Shown here in pieces: positions 1 to 13,440 of a DNA stretch of 64,000 bases (positions are counted from its first letter, which is position 1; the number at the start of each line of letters is the position of its first letter). Both the position numbers and the translations under genes were made by a program. This stretch comes from Heterodontus francisci. Its lineage: Eukaryota. The notes under the pieces were generated by a model, which ran no database searches, was not told the DNA's origin, and saw nothing but the letters and a program-made list of their open reading frames with translations. The DNA lies in contig NC_090404.1 in assembly GCF_036365525.1 (NCBI RefSeq), positions 3,472,001 through 3,536,000 of the forward strand, written 5' to 3'.

Positions 1-1515
1 AGGATTCCTAGCCTCTGATCTGCTCTTGTATTCACGGTATTTATATGGCTACTCTAGTTCAGTTTCTGGTCAATGGTAACCCCTAGGATGTTGATAGTGT
101 GGGATTCACCAATGGTAATGCTGTTGAATGTCAAGGGGGGATGGTTAGATTCTCTCCTTTTGGAGATTTTCATTGCCTGGCACTTGTGTGGCGCGAATGT
201 TACTTGCCACTTATCAGCCCAAGCCTGGATATTGTCCAGGCCTTGCTGCATTTCTGCACGGACTGCTTCAGTATGTGAGGAGTCACGAATGGTGCTGAAC
301 ATTGTGCAATCATCCGCTAACATCCCCACTCTGACCTTATGATTGAAGGAAGGTCATTGATGAAGCAGCTGAAGATGGTTGGGCCTAGGACACTACCCTG
401 AGGAACTCCTGCAGTGATGTCCTGGAGCTCAGATGATTGACCTCCAACAACCACAACCATCTTCCTTTGTGCTCGGTATGACTCCAGCCAGTGGAGGGTT
501 TTCCCCCTGATTCCCATTGACCTCAGTTTTGCTCGGGCTCCTTGATGCCATACTCGATCAAATGCTGCCTTGATGTCAAGGGTAGTCACTCTCACCTCAC
601 CTCTTGAGTTCAGCTCTTTTGTCCACGTTTGAACCAAGGCTGTAATGAGGTCAGGAGCTGAGTGGCCCTGGCGGAACCCAAACTGATCGTCACTGGGCAG
701 GTTATTGCTAAGCAAGTGCTGCTTGATGGCACTGTTGCTGACACCTTCCATCACTTTACTGATAAGAGAGAGTAGGCTGATGGGGCGGTAATTGGCCGGA
801 TTGGATTTGTCCTGCTTTTTGTGTACAGGACATATCTGGGCAAATTTCCACATTGCAGAGTAGATGCCAGTGTTGTAGTTGTACTGGAACAGCTTGTCTA
901 GGGGCACGGCAAGTTCTGGAGCACAGGTCTTCATTAGTGTTGCCGGAATATTGACAGGGCCCATAGCTTTTTCAGTATCCAGTGCCTTCAGTCATTTCTT
1001 GATATCACGTGGAGTGAATCGAATTGGCTGAGGTCTGGCATCTGTGATGCTGGGGACTTCAGGAGGAGGCCGAGATGGATCATCAACTCGGCCCTTCAGG
1101 CTGAAGATTGTTGCAAATGCTTCAGTCTTATCTTTCGCACTGATGTGCTGGGCTCCTCCATCATTGAGGATGGGGATATTTGTGGAGCCACCTCCTCCAG
1201 TTAATTGTTTAATTGTTCACCACCATTCATGACTGGATGTGGCAGGGCTGCAGAGCTTAGATCTGATCCGTTGATTATGGGATCGCTTAGCTCTGTCTAT
1301 CGCATGCTGCTTACGTCCTGTGTTGCAGCTTCACCAGGTTGACACCTTATTTTGAGGTATGCCTGGTGCTGCTCCTGGCATGCCCTCCTGCACTCTTAAT
1401 TGAACCAGGGTTGGTCTCCTGGCTTGATGGCAATGGTAGAGTGGGGAATATACTGGGCCATGAGGTTACAGATTGTGGTTGAGTACAATTCTGCTGCTGC
1501 TGATGGCCCACAGAG
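1..1515 (-). mobile_element. CR1-supergroup (L2/Crack-like) LINE fragment, RT region, frameshifted
   Basis: ORFs 317-964 and 54-329: NPANYRPISLLS, QFGFRQGHS, LDIKAAFDRVWH, GVPQGSVLGP, (L)ADD; near-identical to 17230-18750. Confidence 0.9.
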
Positions 1516-1749
1516 CATTCGGAATATCATCCTTTCAGAAAATGGCATTTCTCTGATTTGCTATCCCTTCACTTTTCATAAATTCAGCGTATTTTTCAAC
1601 ACAGAATTTAGTCATTGTCTCAGCAATCTCGCTTTCTTTCATTAAAATTTACGGCACAGAGAAAAGGCCACTCAATCGAGTTTGTGCACTACCTATGCTC
1701 CACAGGATTCTCGTTGAGCAATTTCTTGTTTCTTATTGCATTATACCAA

Positions 1750-2230
1750 GCCTCTCTTTATATCCCACGAGAGCCTATCTCATTTATTACAGCACTGGAT
1801 TGTGTCTCTGTTTATTTTACACTAGACCATGTCTCAGCTATTATTGCATTCAGTATGCCTCTATCTGCATTACACTTTGCTATTACTGCTCCTGACCATG
1901 CCTTTGTTTATATTGCATTCATTGCTGTGTTTGGTTTTGCTGCTATAGACCATGTCTTATGTTTAGATTACACTCGGCCATGTCTCAGTCATTGCTGCTG
2001 GAGCGACAAAGTCTTGTGTCATAATAACTGAAACAGGGTCTAGTGCACTAGTAACTGAGGCAGAATCCTGCATACTATTAAGAAAGGCACAATCGAGTCT
2101 GGAAATAAATCAGATAGGGACAGGTGTAATGATGTATTCGATAAGGCCTATTGTAATATCAAGGGAGACATGGCATCGTGCAGTAATACCAGAGGCAGAA
2201 CACAGTATAAATTATAAATACAGACATGAA
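1750..2230. repeat. Degenerate ~27/54-bp minisatellite, same family as 46880-48300; orientation flips near 2010
   Basis: 1750-2000 carries reverse-complement units (TGTCTCAG.TATTA.TGCA.TAGACC); 2020-2230 carries forward units (TAATAACTGA.ACAGGG.CTAG). Confidence 0.65.
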
Positions 2231-2244
2231 CATTCATAGTCAAA

Positions 2245-3195
2245 ATGTCATAGAATCATTTACAACATAGAAGGCGGTTATTCCACCCAACAGGTCTACC
2301 GGCTCTCGGTGGCGCAATCTAGTCTAACCCACTCGATCCCCGAAGTCCTGCACGTTTATTTCCTTCAAGTGGCCATCCAATTTCCTTTTGAAATCATTGA
2401 TTATCTGTACTTCCACCACGCTCGTGGGCAGCGAGTTCCAGATTATTACCACTCGCTGCGTAAAACGTTCTTCCTCATATTCTCCCTGCATCACTTGCCC
2501 AATACCATCAATCTGTCCTTGTATCATCAGTTAGTGATAACAGCTTTCCCTTGCCTATCTTATCTAGGCCTGTCATAATCTTCTACACCTCTATTAATTC
2601 TCCCCTCAATCTCCTATGCTCTATGAGAACAACCTCAGCTTTTCCAACCTACCCCCAAACTAAAATGCCCCATCTCTAGAACCATTCTGGTAAATGTCCT
2701 CTGTACCCTCTCAAGGACCTTCACATCCTTCCTAAAGCGTGTGACCAAAACCAGTTGCATTACACTAGTTGTGCCCTAACCAGAGTTTTGTAAAGGTTCT
2801 GCATGACTTCCCTGTTTCAGCACTTTATGCCTCTATTTATGAAGCCCAAGATCCCACATGCTTTGCTAACCACTTTCTCAATATGTCCTGCCATCTGCAA
2901 AGATTGATGCACATGCATTCCAGATACCTTTGTTTCTGCACACTCTTTAGAACTGTGCCATTAAGTATACATTGCCTTTCCCTATTCCTTCGGCCAAAAT
3001 GCATCACTTCACACTTGTCAGTATTAAACTCCGTCTGCCATCTGTCTGTCCGCTCAGCTAGCCTAGCTATGTCCTGTTGCAGGCGGTTCGTATCATGCTC
3101 AATGTTTGCCATACCTCCAGGTTTGGTGTTATCGGCAAATATTGAAATTCTACTCCGTACTCTAAGATCCAAGTCATTTATATATTGCAAAAAGG
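2245..3195 (-). mobile_element. CR1 LINE 3' fragment
   Basis: ORFs 2837-3190 (YINDLD, FADNTK, WQTEFN) and 2324-2527 (FTQRVV.IWN.LP); CTATGA-type tail. Confidence 0.85.
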
Positions 3196-3690
3196 GGCTA
3201 TTGTAACATAAACAGAGACATGGCGTCGTTTAATTTAAAGATGTTCATGCGCTATTGTAATAATAATTGTAACAGAGCCTAGTTTAATATAAACAGTGTC
3301 GGGGTCTAGTACAGTAATAACTGAGACAGGGCCTAGTGTAATATAACCAGTGACATTGTCTAGTGTTATAATCAGTTGAAGCAGCGCCTTGCTTAATGTA
3401 TCAGAGATGCATTGTACTTTAATATAAACCGCGGCATGGCCTCATGTAAAAGTAACTGAGAGAGGACCTAGTTTTATTTAAACAGAGACAGGGTGTGGGT
3501 CTAATATAAACAGATACATGATGTTATTTGATATAATCAGAGACAGGGTCGAGTACAATATAGAGACGAGGTCTAGTGTGATATAAACAGAGGCAGGGTC
3601 TAGTTTAATACACACAGAGAAAGAGTCTTGTGTAATATAAACAAGACAGGGTCCAGTGCAATAATGACGGAAACAGCGCCTGTTTCGTGT
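3195..3690 (+). repeat. Degenerate ~27/54-bp minisatellite (continuation after the CR1 insertion)
   Basis: Repeated GGTCTAGT...AATATAAACAGAGACA and TAATAACTGAGACAGGGCCTAG units. Confidence 0.75.
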
Positions 3691-3695
3691 AAAGA

Positions 3696-3710
3696 CTGCC
3701 ATCTTCTGGC
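3696..3710 (-). promoter_or_regulatory. CTCF-like motif
   Basis: Minus strand GCCAGAAGATGGCAG, one mismatch to CCASYAGRKGGCRS; motif match only. Confidence 0.35.
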
Positions 3711-4914
3711 TACAGTTTGCCACTGCAGCTACAATAAAATGTCGATGCCAATCGCTGATTATTAATCTGCCAAGAAACGGTTTGCACTGATAAACCAGCT
3801 CATCACCTTCTGCGGGAGGTTCCAAAAGATTTAATTACCAAAGGCCGATGTTTACACAGGAACAACAGGATTGGAGCAAAGCTGTTCAATTCCTGTTAAT
3901 GTACTTTGGTTGATGTTGGTTCAAGGGTGGAATGTTGATCAGGATACGGTGTGGTGCCATGGGAGCTTTAATATCCACCTCATCAGAAAAGGGGAGGGAG
4001 AGAGTTTATTGGTCCACATTGTCCCTGGGAAGGTACTGCCTTTTAAGCATTGCACCTATTTAAAGCCTGGTTAATATGATCAGGTTCTGAGGTTGAAATG
4101 GAATTCACAATCTACTGATCTCCACAGCCCTGAATATTTTTCCTTTTCAATTATATCCCCTTTGAAAGTTGCTGTTAAATTTGCTTCAATGCCATTTCAG
4201 ATCATGTGTTCCAACTCATAAGAACTCGCTGCATAAAAAGAACAACTCATCCCCTCCCTCTTATTCTTTGGGCATTTATCTTGACTCTGTGCCCTTTGGT
4301 TACCGACACTCCTGCCAGTTGAAACCGCATCTCACCACCAATACTATCAAAATCCTTCAAAGTTGTGAACACTACCTTGAAATCTCACTTTAAAATTATC
4401 TGTTCTAAGGAGAACAAACCCAGCTTCTCTAATCTCTCCACATAACTGAGGCCCCTCAACAGTGGTCCAAGTGTATTGAGTCTCCGCAGCAACCTCTCCA
4501 AGGCCTTAGAACACTGTCTGAAATGTGGATTGGAATAAAGTCAGTCATTATTTCTCCTTCAGGTTATTTCTATGGGTTCGTGATCCGAAAATTGGGCTGC
4601 GCAGTAATCTGCGTATTATTAATATTGATAACAATAATATTCCTTTGTCTGACAGTACAGACAGTGACTTGGTGTGCAATATCGGCATCTTTAGGTTCCT
4701 GTTTCAATGAGATCACTGTCCCTAACGGCTGAGGGGCGCTTCATTTTATGAATGCGTGTGGGATAAATACATGCATGCAATGGCATTACCATTGCTGAAT
4801 GTGCAAAAAATGTGCAAAAACCGAACAGATTGTTTGTGATCATTAAAAAAAAATTTCCGACCAAGCGGATGAGAATTATCTATTGGGAGAACATTATTAC
4901 CCTACCAGAGCCCT

Positions 4915-7075
4915 TGCAAGTGTTAGTGTTCCCATGCATCTGCTGCCATTGTCCTTTTAGGTGGTAGAGGTCGTGGGCTTGGAAGGTACTGTGGAAGGAG
5001 CCTTGGCGATTTGCTGCACTACATCTTGTAGGTGCTACACTTTGCTGCCACTGTGCGCATGATGGTGGAGCGAGTGAGTGTTTAAGGTGGTTAATGGGGT
5101 GCCGGTTAAGAGGGATATTTTGTCTTGGATTGTTTCGAGCTTCTTGAGTGCTGTTGGAACTGCACCCATCCAGGCAAGTGGAGAGTATTCCATCACGCCC
5201 CTGACTAGTGCCTTGTAGATGGACAGGTACTGGGGAGTCAGGAGGTGACTCAGAATTCCCAACCTCTGACCTGCTCTTGTGACCAAGTATTTGTATGGCC
5301 AGTTGGTCCAGGTAAGTTTCTGCTCAAAGGTGACTCCCAGATGCTGATGGTGGGGGATTCAGCAAAGATAATGCCATTGCATGCAAGGGGAAATAGTTAG
5401 ATTGCTTCTTCTTGGAGAAGTCAGTGCCTGGCACTACTGTCATGCGAAAGTTTCTTGCTACTTATCATCCCAAACCTGAATGTTGTCCGGATCTTGCTGC
5501 ATGTGAGACGGAATGCTTCAGTATCTGAGCAGCCATGAATGGTACAAAACACTATACAATCATTAGCGATATCCACTCTTCTGACCTTAAGTTTGGGAGA
5601 AGTACATTGATGAAGAAGCTGAAGATCGTTGGACCTAGAACACTACACTGAGGAACTTCTGCAGCGATGCCCTGGGGCTAAGATGATCGGCCTCCAACAA
5701 CCACAACCCTTTTCCTTTGCGCTAGGTATGACACTAACCAGCGGAGAGTATTTCCCCGATTCCCATTGATTTTAATTTTGCTCGGGTTCCTTGATGCCAC
5801 ACTGGGTCAAATGTTGTCTTTGTATCAAGGGCAGTAACTCTCACCTCACCTCTGGAAGTCAGCACTTTTGTGCATGTTTATACCAATGAGGTCTGCAGCT
5901 AGGTAGCTCTGGTGGAACTCAAACTGAGCATCGGTGAGCAGGTTGTTGCTGAGTAAGTGCCATTTGATAACACTGTCGAAAACACCGTCCATCATTTTGT
6001 TTTTATTGAGGGTAGGCTGATAGGGTCCTAATTGGCTGGATTGGATTGGTCCTGCTTTTTGGCGACAGTATATACTTGGGCAATTTTCCACATTGTCAGG
6101 TAGATGCTTATGTTGTTGCTGTATTGGAACTGGTTGGCTAAGTGCACGGCTAGATCTGGAGCACAAATCTTCAGTACTACAGCTAGGATGGTATCAAGGT
6201 TCATAACCTTTACTGTATTCAGTGCCTTCAGATGCCTCTTGATATCACGTCAAATTAATCTAATTGCTCATAGACAGGCATCAGTGTTGGTGGAGACCTC
6301 AGGAGGAGGCCGAGATGGATCATCCACTGAGCACTTCTGGCTGAAGATGGTTGCAAACACTTCAGCCTTGTCTTTTGCACTGACGTGCTGAGTTCCCCAA
6401 AATTGAGTACGGGATTTTGGAGCTTCCTCCTCCAGTTAGTTGTTTAATTTTCCACCACTATTTACGACTGTATATCCTTGATCTGTTCCGTTGTTTGTGG
6501 GATCACAGGTTTGTCTATCACATGCTGCTTCAGCTGTTTTAGAATGCATGTAGTCCTGTGTTGTAATTTCTTTAGGTAGGCAACATATTTTTAAGTATGC
6601 CTGATGCCGCTCATGGTTTGCTCTCCTACACTGCTCATTGAACCACAATTGGTCACCTGGCTTGATGTTAAAGGTAGAGTGGGGGACATGCCGGGCTATG
6701 TGGTTAGAGATTGTGGCTGAAGATATTTCTGCTGTGGCTGATGGTCTACAGTGCTTCATGGATGCGCAGTTTGAGCTGCTAGATCTGTTCTCACTCTATC
6801 CCAATAAGCGCATTGGTAGAGTGTCCTCAGTATGAAGACGGTACTTCGTCTCCACAAGGACTGTACAGTCACTCCAACCAACACTGTCATGGACAGATGC
6901 ATCTGCATTAGGTACATCTTTGAGGAAGATGTTGAGTCGGCTTTTATTCCTTTTGTTACTTTCCTCATCACCTACCGTGAGCTAGGTCCAGCAGTAGATC
7001 TAGGTCCTTCAGGACTCGGCCAGCTCGGTCAGTGGTGGTGCTGCCCAGCCACTGTTCGTGATGGACATTGATGTA
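4915..7075 (-). mobile_element. Older, degraded L2/Crack-like LINE copy
   Basis: ORF remnants AGQRLGIL, MEYSPLAW, IKPGDQLWFNEQC; colinear with 16900-19080. Confidence 0.85.
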
Positions 7076-7089
7076 CCACTTCCTGCTCG

Positions 7090-7720
7090 CACAATGTTAC
7101 CTTTGCTGTCCTCCAAGGTGCTATCCTTTCCCCCTTCTAATTCTGCTCTGTATGATGCCACTTGGTGACATCATCGCGTGTACACTGACATCGAGCTCTA
7201 TCTCACCATGACCTCTCTCGATCCATTTACTGCTTTTGATTTGTCATCCTACTTTTCTGCCATCCAGTAATGGGTGAGCAGAAAGTTCTACCCTGCGCTC
7301 ACGAATCTGTATTGGGTCCTATTTCAGCAATTCCTCGATTTAGACATTCTCGTTCTTGTGTTCAATTTCCTCCATGAACGCACCTCTCACTCTCTTTGTA
7401 ATCTCCACCAGCCCCACAACATTCCGAAATATCTGCTCTTCTCTACTTCCGGCCACTTGAACATCCCTGTTTTTCATTAATCCACCAATGGTTGCCGTGC
7501 ATTCAGATACCAAGGCACTATCTTTGGAATTCCCTCCTTAAACCTCTCTGTTCTCTACTTTTAACTCCTCTCCTTTACGATACTCCTTAAAACTGCCTCT
7601 TTGAGCCAGCTTTTCCACATCTGCCCTAATATCGCCTTACATGATGCAGTCTCAATTTGCTTGATAACTCTCCTGTGAAGCGCCTTTGGACATTTTACCA
7701 CATTAAAGGTGCTATGTTGT
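7090..7720 (+). mobile_element. Degraded L2 LINE 3' fragment
   Basis: Remnant YADD-like motif (TACACTGACATCGAGCTCTATCTC) and L2-type 3' end (GTGAAGCGCCTTTGG...AAAGGTGCTAT); similar to 62200-63250. Confidence 0.6.
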
Positions 7721-8243
7721 TGTTAACAAGTTGTTGTTATTGTGAGGGAATACTTTGTATTGTGTGGGTGCTCATTGGCTAAGTGGATATAACTTGCATT
7801 TTGTGGAGACACTGTGTCATGTGTGAGCATATTTTCTAATATATAAGAACAGTCAGTAGTGTGTGACTTTCACTGTCATTCTGCTTCCCGCCTGGTCTAG
7901 ATGTCACTGAGCTAAGGTGGGTTCAGCTTCATAGCTAGTGATACTCCTTTGTTGTCTCACAGAAATGAACATTCTGTATGCATCAGCCCACCTTAGTTTT
8001 ACCCAAACTAACGAATTACATTCAAAATAACCTGGGATGCATGAAGACCTCAAGCATTGATAGCTGTCTCCCAAAATGAGCATGGAAAGTAGCTGCTGAA
8101 TCTGTTTGTTCAAGTAACTGGAAATATTTGTGGAGACTAATTGCCTCTCTGTGGATTTACATCATGTACAAATGAGGGGCTTTGTCAGTATGAGGAATCG
8201 CTGAACTACTGTCAACAGTAGAGACCATCGCTTCTTATAGAAA

Positions 8244-8313
8244 ATGCATGGCCGAGTAACTGGTGCAGTGTATGCCATTTACTACCCAATTCTTGCTGCC
8301 ATTGGAGTTCCAG
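8244..8313 (+). CDS. Orphan class A GPCR (GPR139/GPR142-like) gene 1, coding exon 1
   Basis: ATG at 8244 encodes MHGRVTGAVYAIYYPILAAIGVP, then phase-1 donor G|GTGAGT; splices in frame to 15360 to give GVP-VNL (TM1 with conserved Asn). Confidence 0.88.
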
Positions 8314-8861
8314 GTGAGTCATTGCACGAAATAATTAATTGTGTTCATTACTATTTTATGAATTTACTGCTGACACTGACATTAGCAACGAGACACATTC
8401 ATTTCCAGGTGTTTGTTATAAAGTCGCTTGGTCGGGTTTACTAAGTTTCTATTATTTTAATAGCTATTTTGTTTTATGCACGCTGCAATCATTGAGTCTT
8501 GGACACATGCAATATAATGCCGCAACTACTTGTCACTGGCCTTGTGCCAGGCTGATAATATCCTTTGAGTGATTAAAAAAACATCGTGTTTTGTTGACTT
8601 TAAAGAAAACATATAGTTCATCAGGATAATTCTGCAGGTAGCAAATTTGAGAACACATTTCCAACAATAACATCTAACTTTAACTTTCCGTGTTAGTCTC
8701 AATTGGGCAATAGCAAGGAGGCAGCCCGTTTGAATCTCGCTTGAATTATGTTTCCATTGATTTCAGTAGAGATTCAGGAGAGATGTTAAATAAGCTGTAG
8801 ATTCACTATCAACCGTTTCACACTTTCACTCAAAGTCAAGATTTGTCCGATGGAAACGGTG

Positions 8862-9017
8862 AGGGGTGAAATTGATCTTGACCAGTAAAGCAAATCGGTG
8901 GCCAGTTCAACACTTCATCCAGTTCTGCACCCCTGTCCCATATCAGAGAGGTAGAAAACCGGACCGCGAGTAAAACAGGCGGCCCCTTCGCCCCAGCCCA
9001 AAACCAATTTCACCCCT
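8862..9017. mobile_element. Short MITE, probably PIF/Harbinger-like
   Basis: Inverted repeat AGGGGTGAAATTG (8862-8874) / CAATTTCACCCCT (9005-9017); TGA/TTA flanks; related ends near 11230 and 16340. Confidence 0.55.
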
Positions 9018-9505
9018 TATTTCCCCGGATTATCAATCCAGGCCGACTAAATGACTAGTCCAGTGACATAACAGCAATGCTACAGTTCCCTTTCTCATTA
9101 CACTCTTCCATTATTATTTCCCATTCTGCGCTAAAATTGGCCTTTAATTTGGATCGTTATAAATTTGCTGATGGAAACGATGATTGTGTTTATCATGATA
9201 GACATGAAGCTATAAACTAAATACTGACAAATTTTGTAAATGAATGTGGAGATCTGAGCAAAAGAATCACAGGTGTTGCGTGTTTTTAAAAGTGGCTGTT
9301 AAATCTATATACTAGCTCAATCTTCACGTTTACCGAGTAAGTAAGCATAAGTTATTCTGCTTAAGTTGTAGAATAATTATTAATTGAGTGAGTCATTTCA
9401 CTATGAAATCTAGTAAATAGCTTACCTGCTAGAGAGTACCTTGCTAAGGTGTCGCTGGGTTTTTCTTTGGGTGGTGAATGGCGTTTCTACGCTCTGTTCT
9501 GAGAG

Positions 9506-9852
9506 GGGCAGCACAGTGGCACAGTGGTTAGCACCGCAGCTCCAGCGACCCAGGTTCAATTCTGGGTACTGCCTGTGTGGAGTTTGCAAGTTCTCCCTGT
9601 GTCTGCGTGGGTTTCCCCCGGGTGCTCCAGTTTCCTCCCACAGCCAAAAGACTTGCAGGTTGATAGGTAAATTAGCCATTATAAATTGCCCCTAGTATAG
9701 GTAGGTGGAAGGGGAATATAGGGACAGGTGAGGATGTGGTAGGAATATGGGATTAGTGTAGGATTAGTATAAATGGGTGGTTAATGGATGGCACAGACTC
9801 GGTGGGCCGAAGGACCTGTTTCAGTGCTGTATCTCTAAAACTAAAACTAAAA
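9506..9852 (+). mobile_element. tRNA-derived V-SINE (HE1-like)
   Basis: A box TGGCACAGTGG, B box GGTTCAATTC, V-core GTGTGGAGTTTGCA...TCTGCGTGGGTTTC...TTTCCTCCCA, CR1-like 3' end, (CTAAAA)n tail. Confidence 0.9.
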
Positions 9853-10027
9853 CAGTGGTTAATGAGGGAGCAGGATAGGAGAGAGGAAATGTTGTTAGTT
9901 TGTTCAACACATTACAAAACCCCAAAATATAACCAAGGTGAATCGGGTTTGAAAGTAATATCATTGAGGCTGAATATCGTGAGATTCGAATTGCACATGG
10001 ACCTGTGATGGGAATCATGTTATGTTG

Positions 10028-10410
10028 TGGGGGCAGAAACGTAATGGTTATGTTACTGAACTATTGATCCAGAAACATGTGTTCATCTCTCACCATGGCG
10101 GCTGGGAAATTTAAATTTTATTAATTAATAAATCTGGAATAAAAGGTTAGTCTCAGTAATACTAGTTGTCATAAAATCCAGCTGGTTCACTCGTGTCCTT
10201 TAAAGGATGAAATCGGCCGTCCTTACCTGGTCTGACCTACATGTGACTCCAGACCCGCAACAACGTGGCCGACTCTTAACCGCCAGCTGAAATGACCTAG
10301 GAAGTATTCAGTTGTTAAGAAGGTGGCTGAACACCACCCTCTCAAGGGCAACTAGGGATGGAGAATATATGCTGGCCCGGCCAACCAAGCCCATATCCGG
10401 TTAATAAAAG
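10028..10410 (+). mobile_element. tRNA-headed Deu-type SINE (SacSINE1-like), degraded
   Basis: Core CCTTACCTGGTCTGACCTACATGTGACTCCAGAC shared with 13835-14212; 3' end matches the L2-like LINE 3' end. Confidence 0.75.
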
Positions 10411-11349
10411 GCATCCAGGTGAAAACATTAGCGGCCATGCATGTTGATATAAACAATGGTCAACTTTGATGTTTGTCTCATGTAAATATTATGTGTAGCT
10501 GTAAATAAGTAGTTATAACGTTTTAGTGAGGAACGAAGTTTACATATAAACCAATAAGCCGCAAAAAATATGGATCCTCATTACATATTTGCATCTCATT
10601 CAGTGTGACAGAAAACCCTGAGCAAAATGTGACACGGAAAGTGCGATGAATGGGAAATTCACATAGAACATAAGGACCCAATAAGGGGGAGATATAAAAT
10701 CGGAGATATGCATGGGGGCATTTTTTGATGCCGTGGACATCTCCAGACTGGTGTCAATCAAACTGATGCTTCAAAACGTGACGTCGCAGTAACAGGCGGC
10801 GAGCTCCAGACTTTCGTCGGCCAAAAGTCAGAATGGACCGCAAAGTTAAGACCAAATGTCAGGGATAAAATTGGTCCTTCGCTGCAGTGCAGAGTTATAG
10901 AGAATCCACGGCAAATTATAAAGTTTAAATTATGTATGATGTGTTATTTCACCCATTGTGTGCTATCTCAAAGAGCAATTTCACAATATTTGATCTGGGC
11001 TCCCAAGAGGGATTGAATTTGACTTTTGCGTGATGAGGGGTGAAGTGCAGGGCCAACACCAAGGATATCAAGTTCCTTTGATGCAGATTTGCATGCTAAA
11101 GGCTGTCTATAGACTGAAGCAAGGAGTGCTCCAGACCTCGAATTGTAGGCGAAGCTCTTCGTTGATGTCAACAAGACCCTAAAGCCATCGCTTCCATTTT
11201 GAGGCCTCCTAATGTCAGGTGGTCTCAGTGAAAATTGACCCCATGTTTATTCTATTTATCCAATTTATACAGGCTTGGACACCAGCGGTGAATCAACGTT
11301 TTGGTTTTATTAATAGCAGTGGAACGTACAAGTATGTCATACAGCTGAA

Positions 11350-12275
11350 TTTTTGATGAAGTAACAGTGAAGGTTGATGGAGGGAATGCGGTGAATGTTG
11401 TTTATTTGGATTTTCAGAAAACATTTGATAAGGTAGCACATAAAAGGCTGGTTAACAAAGTTTAAACTCATGGAATAGGAGAGTGAGTGTACAATTGGAT
11501 TTACAAAAATGGCTTAAAGACAGAAAACAGAAATCATAATGAATGATTGTTTATTTTTCAGAATGGAGGATGGTAGACAGTCCTATTCCCCAAGACCATT
11601 GCATTTTTTACTGTCTATAAATGACTTGGATATTGGAATATAGAGTAGAGCTTCAAAATTTGCCAATAGCACCAGATTTGGAGGTTTGGCAAACAGTGAG
11701 GATGACATAAACAGCAAGAAATAGATAGGCAAGCAGAATGGGCAGACAAGCGGCAGATAGAATTCGATATTGACAAGTGTGAGGTGATGCAGGTGCAGAG
11801 GAGATTTATCAGAATGTTTCCAGGGATTGGGGGTTTTAGCTCTAAGCTTAGGATAGAAAAGCTGGGGTTGTTCTGCTGAGAGCAAAGGAGACTGAGGAGA
11901 GATTTAATAGCGATATCCAAGACTGTGACAGATTTAGATAAGTTAGACAAGGGAAAATGTTCCTACTCACTAAAGGTACAAGGACTCGGGGATACAGATT
12001 GAAGGTTTTGGGCAAAAGATGCAAGGAGAATATGAGGAAAAACTTCTTTACAGAGCGGGTAGTAATGATCTGGAACTTGCTGCTGCAAGGGTAGTGGAAG
12101 CAGAGACAATCAAGGACTTCAAAAAGAAATTGGATGGGCACTTGAATGAAATAAACTTTCAGTGCCACGGAGATCAAGCGGCGTGTGGGTCTGACTGGAT
12201 GACTCCCTGGAGATCCATCATGATTTCGATGGGCCGAATTGCCTCCTTCTGAGCCGTAGATGACTCTATGATTTT
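11350..12275 (+). mobile_element. CR1 LINE 3' fragment, degraded
   Basis: DFQKTFDKV-like remnant, ORF 12019-12252, CTATGATT tail. Confidence 0.8.
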
Positions 12276-13052
12276 AAGCGTACCCATTGCAGTCTGAGAA
12301 CAATAAATCATAACCTAGGCAAGTGCCTAGGTTATTATTTATTGAATTATTGAAATTTAGCAGATTTATATATCTAGGTGGACGATTTGAGATGACCTGC
12401 TGAGATAATTGTCATGTGATCTTTATGTGGTCATGTGTTCCTACAGTTGCAGATGACAATGTGGCACCACATGCACTCCATTCTGACAGGGATGTGAGAT
12501 CTGTTTATGTAGAAGATCAAACAATTTTGCATGGTTATAAATATCACACTCAATAGAATGGAAGCAATTGAAACGGCAACATATTGGCTCCAAACTAGCG
12601 ATTTTTGTTACACAAACCATTTGATGTTTCTTATATTGAATTAGCCTGACACCTCCTGCTTACTGAACATTCCCTGTGGAATTACAATGACTCTCTATCA
12701 CAGAATACATTTTTGCACTACAAATGTATTAATGCTGACGACTCGATTGTTAAGCCAGTTTCCTGTTTTATGATATACCATCAAAAAGTTGGCAGCTACG
12801 TATGAAAAGTAACGTCGAGACCGTCAGTGCTTGGGTCCTAAGCTCTAGAATTTCCTCCCTAACCCTTCCTGCCTCTCTTCCCCTGTATACTTCTTTAAGA
12901 CGCCCTTTAAAACCTATCTTTCTGATCAACCTTTTGATCATCTGCCCTAATCTCTCCTTATGTGGCTCAATGTCAAATTATATCACTCCTGTGAGACGTC
13001 TTGGGATACTTCATTACGTTAAAGGGGTTGTGTAAATACAAGTTGTTGGTCA

Positions 13053-13440
13053 TAAAAGCAAAATACTGCAGATGCTGAAAATCTGAAATAAAAACAGAAA
13101 ATACTGGAAATACTCAGCAGGGCTGGCAGCATCTGTGGAGAGCGAAGCAGAGTTAACGTTTCAGGTCAGGGCCTTTCATCAGAACTGGCAAAGGTTAGAG
13201 ATGCAATGGGTTGTTAGCAAGTAAAGCGAGTGTGGGGGGCAAGAGAACAAAAGGGAAAGTGTCTGATGGGACAGAGGGCCATATAGATTAACTGACAAGG
13301 AGGTCATGGGCAAAGGCAAAGAGTGTGCTAATGGTGTCGTAAAAGACAAATAATTAGTACAGAGGGAGTGTTAATGGCAGAATAATGAACAGCCCTAGCC
13401 AAAAGCACAAACATGAAAAGAAGTAGGCAGGCACGTGGTA
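13053..13440 (-). mobile_element. Penelope-like element terminal-repeat fragment
   Basis: Same motif as 58240-58460 and 60315-60410 (CAGCATCTGTGGAG...GTTAACGTTTCAGG); contains a hammerhead core. Confidence 0.65.
13151..13186 (-). ncRNA. Minimal type I hammerhead ribozyme motif (Penelope-type)
   Basis: Minus strand AGUU-CUGAUGA-AAGGCCCUGACCU-GAAA-CG-UU-AACU: both core boxes, stem I AGUU/AACU, short stem II AGG/CCU. Confidence 0.55.

Noticed and set aside
9506-9570. tRNA genes at Pol III A/B boxes (also 14140-14212 and 19855-19930)
   Set aside because: They are SINE or LINE heads continuous with repeat bodies and do not form complete cloverleafs
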